Shown here in pieces: positions 58,561-64,000 of a stretch of DNA of 64,000 bases; position 1 is the stretch's first letter; each line of letters begins with the position of its first letter. This stretch comes from a virus. The stretch spans positions 1 to 64,000 of IMG/VR virus record IMGVR_UViG_3300030098_004409; one strand, given 5' to 3'. The position numbers and the translations under genes are program-made. The notes beneath the pieces are model-generated. The model was not told the DNA's origin. It searched no databases and saw only the letters and a list, made by a program, of their open reading frames with translations.

Positions 58561-59522
58561 ACAATATACTAATTACAGGCGGACTTGGATTTATAGGCGC
58601 ACACTGTATAGAAAAATGGTCAGAAGAGGAGTGGTCTGTATATGTAATAGACAATTTGTCTTCTAACACTATAACTGCGGAGCATCCGATAGCTCAAAAT
58701 GTCACGTTTATAGAAGCAGACGTAATTGATATCGACTGGGAAGAGTTGCCAAAATTTGACTTGGTTTTACATCTTGCCTCTCCTGTTGGGCCAGTTGGTG
58801 TCCTTAAGCACTCTGGTGTTATGGCTGACATTATACTTAAGGATATATACTCAGTAATCGAGGGCGCAAAACATAATGACTGCCCACTTGTATTTGTCTC
58901 TACTTCGGAGATATATGGACATAGAGACTCTAAAACTTATTTGTCAGAAGTTGGTGACAAAGTTCTAAAGGGTGAGTTTACCGTTCGTAATGAATATGCA
59001 ATAGCGAAGCTTTTGTCTGAGATTGTGCTTTCCAACTGCGCTAAAATAAACAAAGATTTTAAGTACCAAATCATTCGCCCATTTAATGTGACCGGCGCGC
59101 ATCAGCTTCCAGACGGAGGTTTTGTTCTTCCTAGATTTGTAAAGCAGGCGCTAGATGGAGAAGATATTACTGTATACTATAGCGGCGAACAGATCAGAGC
59201 TTTCACTTGGGTCAAGGATATCGTAGAGGGTATATACTTAACATCAACTGCCCCAGATGAACTATGGAACGAAGAGTGGAACATTGGCAACGAGAAAAAT
59301 GAAGAGAGTATTCTTTATCTTGCAAAAAGAGTAAAAGCTCTTACAGGTTCTCAATCTAGAATAGCTCATGTAGACCCCGTAGCGCTTCATGGGAAGCTGT
59401 TTTCAGAAGCCCCTGAAAAGATACCAGACGCATCTAAGATCAAGCAGAAGCTAGGCTGGAAGCCCACAAAGGGGATAGATGACGTTATCAAAGAAGTGGT
59501 AGAATTTTGGAGTAACCAATGA
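58557..59522 (+). CDS. NAD-dependent epimerase/dehydratase/decarboxylase (extended SDR)
   Basis: GGLGFIG, HLASP, STSEIYG, YAIAK, RPFN. Confidence 0.9.
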   Translation: MNNILITGGLGFIGAHCIEKWSEEEWSVYVIDNLSSNTITAEHPIAQNVTFIEADVIDIDWEELPKFDLVLHLASPVGPVGVLKHSGVMADIILKDIYSVIEGAKHNDCPLVFVSTSEIYGHRDSKTYLSEVGDKVLKGEFTVRNEYAIAKLLSEIVLSNCAKINKDFKYQIIRPFNVTGAHQLPDGGFVLPRFVKQALDGEDITVYYSGEQIRAFTWVKDIVEGIYLTSTAPDELWNEEWNIGNEKNEESILYLAKRVKALTGSQSRIAHVDPVALHGKLFSEAPEKIPDASKIKQKLGWKPTKGIDDVIKEVVEFWSNQ

Positions 59523-60208
59523 ATATTATAGAGCAGATATATTATAATGATGTCAAGCTACATCCTTCTTATTTTGAGAAGTATAGAAAAGTTCCTAAGT
59601 ATCCGGGACAAAGAGAGTCTGGCGGGTGGAATAAGCACAGTGGATGGAGAGGGCATGACTTTCCTAGAGTGTGGTGTATACTAGACTTCATTGAGTGGAC
59701 AAGTCAAATTGAATTATCTGGGCATATTGGCGTTACAGACGATGAAGACCCTGAGCTAGAGTTTGTAGAGAATAGATTCTCCAAAAAGACAGTATTAAGT
59801 TATCCTCCGCACGACTTGCATGACGAGATTAAAACAGACGAGGGCTTTGACTTTTTTCTATTTAGCCAGACAATAGAACATTTATATAATCCGCATCTGG
59901 CTATCCGAAACATTAGAAATGCGATGAAGCCTTCTGGTCTTGTGTTTACAAGTGTGCCAACTATAAATATACCGCACATGACACCAGTCCACTTTGGTGG
60001 CTATACGCCGATGGGCTTAGCTTCAATGTTTATTTTGAGTGGATTCCAAGTTGTTAAAATGGGTCAGTGGGGCAATCATGATTATATCTCAAAGATTTTT
60101 GAAAAGCATACATGGCCTGACTTCTATGAATTAGCGAACGAAAATGGTGAAGTAACTAACGAAGAAAGAAATTGTTGTCAGTGTTGGATTTTAGCGAGGG
60201 CTATATAA
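59519..60208 (+). CDS. Putative SAM-dependent methyltransferase
   Basis: FDF..FSQTIEHLYNP...MKPSG..FTSVP. Confidence 0.7.
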   Translation: MNIIEQIYYNDVKLHPSYFEKYRKVPKYPGQRESGGWNKHSGWRGHDFPRVWCILDFIEWTSQIELSGHIGVTDDEDPELEFVENRFSKKTVLSYPPHDLHDEIKTDEGFDFFLFSQTIEHLYNPHLAIRNIRNAMKPSGLVFTSVPTINIPHMTPVHFGGYTPMGLASMFILSGFQVVKMGQWGNHDYISKIFEKHTWPDFYELANENGEVTNEERNCCQCWILARAI

Positions 60209-60999
60209 TGAAGAAGATATTTTTCTGCATGGCAGAGTACCCAGAGCCTAGACAGGGCTTCTTTTTAAAGTATATGTCAAAAGCTAATCAGAAATATTCA
60301 GACATGCATGGCTTTGAGTACATAGAAATGACAAGCTTGCCCAGAGAAGAAGATGGGGAGTTTTGGAGAAATAATCCTACATGGCTAAAGCACAAAGTTG
60401 TTCATGACTGGATTGAAGAAGGTTTTGTTGAAGACGGAGATATAGTCTCACACATAGACGCTGATATCGCTATTGCCAAGTTTGATAAGTCATTTGAACC
60501 AAGTGAAGGCAAATCCTTTGGTTACGCGATTGATTCCTGCAATACGCATTGCATGGGAGCGTATACAATTAGAGTGAACGATTGGTCTAGAAATATGTTA
60601 AAGAATATGCTTGATGAAGAGTTCTACCAAAGAATGAAACACAACAAATCTCCTGAGCATACAAATCCGATAACAGGACAACCGAACTGGGAGCTATTTA
60701 GAGAACAGGCGTCTTGGTATACAATGTCAGGACTACCTCTCCATAGCTGGATTCCATTTGCGCAACTACCTAACTATGGCTTTCACATGAACAAATCTTC
60801 CGAAACAATCTACTCGATAGACGAGCTGCTTGAGAATGTAGAAATCTTCCCGACAGAATGGAACGTAACTCATATCCCTGAAGAAGATGGAGAGGACAGG
60901 TTCTACATAAATCCCACAGTAACAGAAGATACTATACTTAGACACTTTGCTGGCGGAAGAGCATGGAGAGCACACTACTTTACTGGAGAAGAGCAATGA
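60208..60999 (+). CDS. Putative GT34-like glycosyltransferase
   Basis: W.K, HIDAD, EQ, WN, HFAG. Confidence 0.65.
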   Translation: MKKIFFCMAEYPEPRQGFFLKYMSKANQKYSDMHGFEYIEMTSLPREEDGEFWRNNPTWLKHKVVHDWIEEGFVEDGDIVSHIDADIAIAKFDKSFEPSEGKSFGYAIDSCNTHCMGAYTIRVNDWSRNMLKNMLDEEFYQRMKHNKSPEHTNPITGQPNWELFREQASWYTMSGLPLHSWIPFAQLPNYGFHMNKSSETIYSIDELLENVEIFPTEWNVTHIPEEDGEDRFYINPTVTEDTILRHFAGGRAWRAHYFTGEEQ

Positions 61000-61460
61000 A
61001 AAAAATAGCCGCTATATTAGACACGTTAGCTGCATCACAAAACTCATTCTATTTAATAAAAGAGTTTAATAAACTGCATAAAAACTATGAGTATTCACCC
61101 GTGTGTTTTTACAACAATTTAAGTGCCACGCCAGTCAAGACTTTCTTTGCTTGTATGAATGTTTCGTATTACTCATATTTCGACGGAGTGACAATAGCCA
61201 CATCTATCGAAACCGCAGATACTATTTTGAAAACAAAGAATAGATCTGAGAAGAAGTTTCTTTACTTATGGGATCTTGAATGGATAAGAGGATCTATGGA
61301 TTTTAATTATGTAAATTCTGTGTTATCTGATCCTAATTTGGCTATAATAAGTAGAAGCAATTCGCACAAACAACTAATAGAAAACTATTGCAATAAAGAA
61401 GTTTCTGGTATTGTTCAAGACTGGAACATGGAGCAGTTGGAGGAAATAATATGGACATAA
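60996..61460 (+). CDS. Hypothetical protein (GT-B N-terminal-like)
   Basis: IATS..TA...YLWDLE. Confidence 0.5.
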   Translation: MKKIAAILDTLAASQNSFYLIKEFNKLHKNYEYSPVCFYNNLSATPVKTFFACMNVSYYSYFDGVTIATSIETADTILKTKNRSEKKFLYLWDLEWIRGSMDFNYVNSVLSDPNLAIISRSNSHKQLIENYCNKEVSGIVQDWNMEQLEEIIWT

Positions 61461-62221
61461 GTATTATAACCAAAATGTACTTAGATGAAGGAAAGAGTAC
61501 ACATCAAATAGCTGAAGAGCTTGGGACATATCCCAATAAGATTAGACGGGCTTTGGTCTCAAGTGGTATTGAGCTACGGACAAAAAGCGAGTCGCATAAA
61601 AAAGCCCTGAAAACCGGAAGAGCGAAGCACCCCACAAAAGGCAAGAAAAGAACAGAGGAAGTCAAGGAAAAAATCAGTCGCACTATGGAGAAACAGTGGG
61701 CTGGATTGCCCGAAGCAGAAAAGAAACGTAGGAGCGAAATAGGTAAAGAGTCTTGGGAAAGTAAAAGCGAGTCCGAAAAAATTGAGCTGCAGCGAAAAGC
61801 CGCTCACGCGCTTAGAGAGACAATCATTCATGGTTCAAAGCCAGAGAGGTTATTGTATGATAAGCTAGGAGAAAGCGGAAGAGCTGTTGAGCTACATAGG
61901 AAAGGGCTCATTGAGGGTACTAACTATGAAATGGATTTGTACTTACCAGATATAATGACTGTAATTGAAGTTGATGGACCGCAACATTTTAAACCAGTTT
62001 TTGGAGAAAAGGGGTTGCGAGAATACGTCAAGCATGATATAATTAAGAACGGTATTCTCATTAAAAGAGGGTTCTGTGTAATTAGAGTAAAATACCTATG
62101 CACTTCTTATAGTAGGGCTATAGGTAGAAGGTTGTGGGAAGCTGTAGAGCCTGTTGTAGAACAGATTGAAAACAAGTTTCCTCCGAAGAGTAAAAGACTT
62201 ATTGAACTGGAGATTTCTTAA
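61451..62221 (+). CDS. Putative homing endonuclease: HTH + NUMOD3-like + DUF559/Vsr-like nuclease
   Basis: STHQIAEELG; KGKKRTEEVKEKIS; SKPE...MDLY...IEVDGPQH. Confidence 0.75.
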   Translation: MDISIITKMYLDEGKSTHQIAEELGTYPNKIRRALVSSGIELRTKSESHKKALKTGRAKHPTKGKKRTEEVKEKISRTMEKQWAGLPEAEKKRRSEIGKESWESKSESEKIELQRKAAHALRETIIHGSKPERLLYDKLGESGRAVELHRKGLIEGTNYEMDLYLPDIMTVIEVDGPQHFKPVFGEKGLREYVKHDIIKNGILIKRGFCVIRVKYLCTSYSRAIGRRLWEAVEPVVEQIENKFPPKSKRLIELEIS

Positions 62222-63006
62222 TGCAAGACCAAATTGATTTAGAATTGTTTGACGCTGAAAGTATGACCGAAGATGATGTACTTTTAGTTCCTAAGCAAGA
62301 AGAACAAGACCAAAACATTCCTGAGTATGCGTCTCCAGAATGGAACAAATACGTCATGGAGCATTTTAGGTCTGATGAATTAATCGACGGAAATCCTATT
62401 TGTGCAGGGCTGCGGAGAGTAGCAGGATTGTTACTAGGGGAGATTATAGAATCTGGCCCCGACAAGGTATTCCCAGCCACAGATGGAAACGGACCCGGAC
62501 GAGCCACTGTTGTATATCAAGTGGTAGTGAACTGGATGAATAGCGGCTCAGTTCGGGTTTTTAAGGAAGTTGCCGATGTATGGCATGGTAACACAGATGA
62601 TCTATTTTGTGCTCATCCTGTTGCTACTGCTAGCACTCGTGCGGAAGGACGCGCTTTACGTAAAGCTTTAGGTATTAGATGTTTAGCTGCTGAAGAATTA
62701 GCAAGAAAAGACATCGTATCTATTGTCCAGCAAAGCGTAAAAAAGGATAACCCCATCAGCGGAGAATGGGACGAAGCAGCTATGATTAGCTCTTCACAAA
62801 TTAATTTTATTGATAATAAATGCAGACAGTTAGATATTAATGTTGTGGAATTTATCAACTCTGGAGAAGGAGCCTATGACTCAATCGAAGAAGTTGAGAA
62901 GAGCAAAGCCTCCGCAATGCTCGGTGTTCTTAACAAATATCAAACTAAGCAAAGCGAGATGCCGGAAGGTATCATGGGTTATAACAAGAATTGGAGAAAT
63001 GCGTAA
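62221..63006 (+). CDS. Putative Rad52/Sak-like single-strand annealing protein
   Basis: ATASTRAEGRALRKALGI helix; C-terminal ISSSQI. Confidence 0.55.
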   Translation: MQDQIDLELFDAESMTEDDVLLVPKQEEQDQNIPEYASPEWNKYVMEHFRSDELIDGNPICAGLRRVAGLLLGEIIESGPDKVFPATDGNGPGRATVVYQVVVNWMNSGSVRVFKEVADVWHGNTDDLFCAHPVATASTRAEGRALRKALGIRCLAAEELARKDIVSIVQQSVKKDNPISGEWDEAAMISSSQINFIDNKCRQLDINVVEFINSGEGAYDSIEEVEKSKASAMLGVLNKYQTKQSEMPEGIMGYNKNWRNA

Positions 63007-63335
63007 TGAAAGTTCAATTAAATGCTGGTAAATTAAACGTAGCTTTTGAAGGCGAAACTGTCCGTGAATTATGGAAACAGATTGCTATATTTCAAGAGGT
63101 GTTTGGTGAAACTACATGTGGCAAATGTGGCTCAGAGAATCTCAGATTCGTTGTAAGAGAAAACGACGGAAACGAATACTATGAGCTTCGCTGTATGGAT
63201 TGTGGAGCTAAGCTATCGTTTGGCGCCAACAAGAAGGGTGGAGGTTTGTTCCCTAAACGTAAGGACGCCGATGGAAATTGGCTACCTGACGGTGGGTGGC
63301 AAAGATGGAACCCTAAAACGAAATCCCTTGAATAA
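63006..63335 (+). CDS. Zinc-ribbon hypothetical protein
   Basis: CGKC...CMDC; TAATG coupling. Confidence 0.7.
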   Translation: MKVQLNAGKLNVAFEGETVRELWKQIAIFQEVFGETTCGKCGSENLRFVVRENDGNEYYELRCMDCGAKLSFGANKKGGGLFPKRKDADGNWLPDGGWQRWNPKTKSLE

Positions 63336-63353
63336 GGGTGCTCCGGTTAAGGC

Positions 63354-63428
63354 GACCTCGCTCAGGGATACTTGGGCGAGGTTTCTTTATGGCATAAATA
63401 AAGCCCCGCGATTAAGCAGGGCTTTTTT
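63354..63428. terminator. Terminator pair between convergent transcription units
   Basis: ACCTCGCTCAG/TTGGGCGAGGT + TTCTTT; AAAGCCC/GGGCTTT with A- and T-rich flanks (bidirectional). Confidence 0.75.
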
Positions 63429-63451
63429 AATGGACTTAAAGGCTCAAGTCT

Positions 63452-64000
63452 TTATAGGTACTCTAGAGATACATACAGTCCATATGATGTTTTTGACCCA
63501 ATACTTAATGGAGAAGCGGAGAGAGCTGCATACCAAGTATGTCTCAAAGCTAGCCCAGTTCCACCAAAAGTATTAGTAGTAGTCTTTGTTCCTAAGTTAG
63601 GAGTACCGCCAGCGAAGTCATCCCTGTAGCTATTATCATAGTACTGTAACCACTTAGGCTGAACAGCAGCAACGTCAGTATTAACACTATTTACAAAGTG
63701 TCCACCACTTCCGGGTGAATTAAACAGAGGAACAACTACGCCAGTACCACCGACAGTTTCGGTATCACCGGTAACAGATCCAAGTCTTTCGTCGCCATTG
63801 CCTTGACCTGCAGTAGCTTCTGTCTGAGTAAAGTTTGTGAACTTGACACCAGAAGAGTTGGTGTAGAAGTCTTGTGCGGCTCTCCAAGTACCAGCGTCTG
63901 GCCAAGGTGATCCCCACCAGAACATGTCTCCAGAACCATAGAAGTTACTATTCATGGCTACGTTGTCAGAGCCATTGCTTGATTCCCAAGCATCAGTTGT
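63452..64000 (-). CDS. Putative virion structural protein, 3' part (frame open to window edge)
   Basis: Gly/Thr-rich; reading frame continues without a stop upstream of 63955. Confidence 0.6.
   Translation of the reverse strand, partial: TTDAWESSNGSDNVAMNSNFYGSGDMFWWGSPWPDAGTWRAAQDFYTNSSGVKFTNFTQTEATAGQGNGDERLGSVTGDTETVGGTGVVVPLFNSPGSGGHFVNSVNTDVAAVQPKWLQYYDNSYRDDFAGGTPNLGTKTTTNTFGGTGLALRHTWYAALSASPLSIGSKTSYGLYVSLEYL

Noticed and set aside
42577-61460. Bacterial O-antigen or capsule locus (cellular origin of the window)
   Set aside because: No wzx, wzy, wzm/wzt or priming transferase; the locus is embedded among phage replication genes with the same compact style
978-62858. Numerous minus-strand and nested alternative-frame ORFs in the track (e.g. 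1325-1771, 20046-20615, 28745-29242, 30436-30918)
   Set aside because: They shadow well-supported + strand genes and have no recognisable motifs
63181-63576. 131-aa + strand ORF
   Set aside because: It runs through the terminator pair and overlaps genes on both sides
1-64000. Stop-codon reassignment as seen in some large phages
   Set aside because: TAA, TAG and TGA all end conserved genes at expected positions, and coding density is high in the standard code

Overview
This window is a gene-dense, AT-rich segment of a large dsDNA bacteriophage genome in the standard genetic code. Nearly all genes lie on the + strand, and one - strand gene converges at the right edge. Phage markers include rIIB, PhoH, dNMP kinase, RecA, DnaB, DnaG, SSB, a probable single-strand annealing protein, two small sigma factors, a holin-like gene and probable virion proteins. 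The host is inferred to be a planctomycete, based on four Tat-type DUF1501 paralogs and a tmRNA with tag VEENFALAA. Highlights: (1) a 6.4 kb array of four divergent DUF1501 genes interleaved with small exported Cys- or Pro-rich proteins; (2) DnaE split into two genes with no intein, separated by ugd, a GIY-YIG gene and a DnaQ-like exonuclease; (3) a ribonucleotide reductase R2 with class Ic (Mn/Fe) signatures, whose operon has a structured 5' leader; (4) a tmRNA whose 5' end overlaps the stop codon of the upstream gene; (5) a ~19 kb, 23-gene glycan synthesis and decoration island, plus a second glyco cluster with a sulfotransferase and a tandem radical SAM protein. All calls come from reading motifs by eye; no database searches were run.
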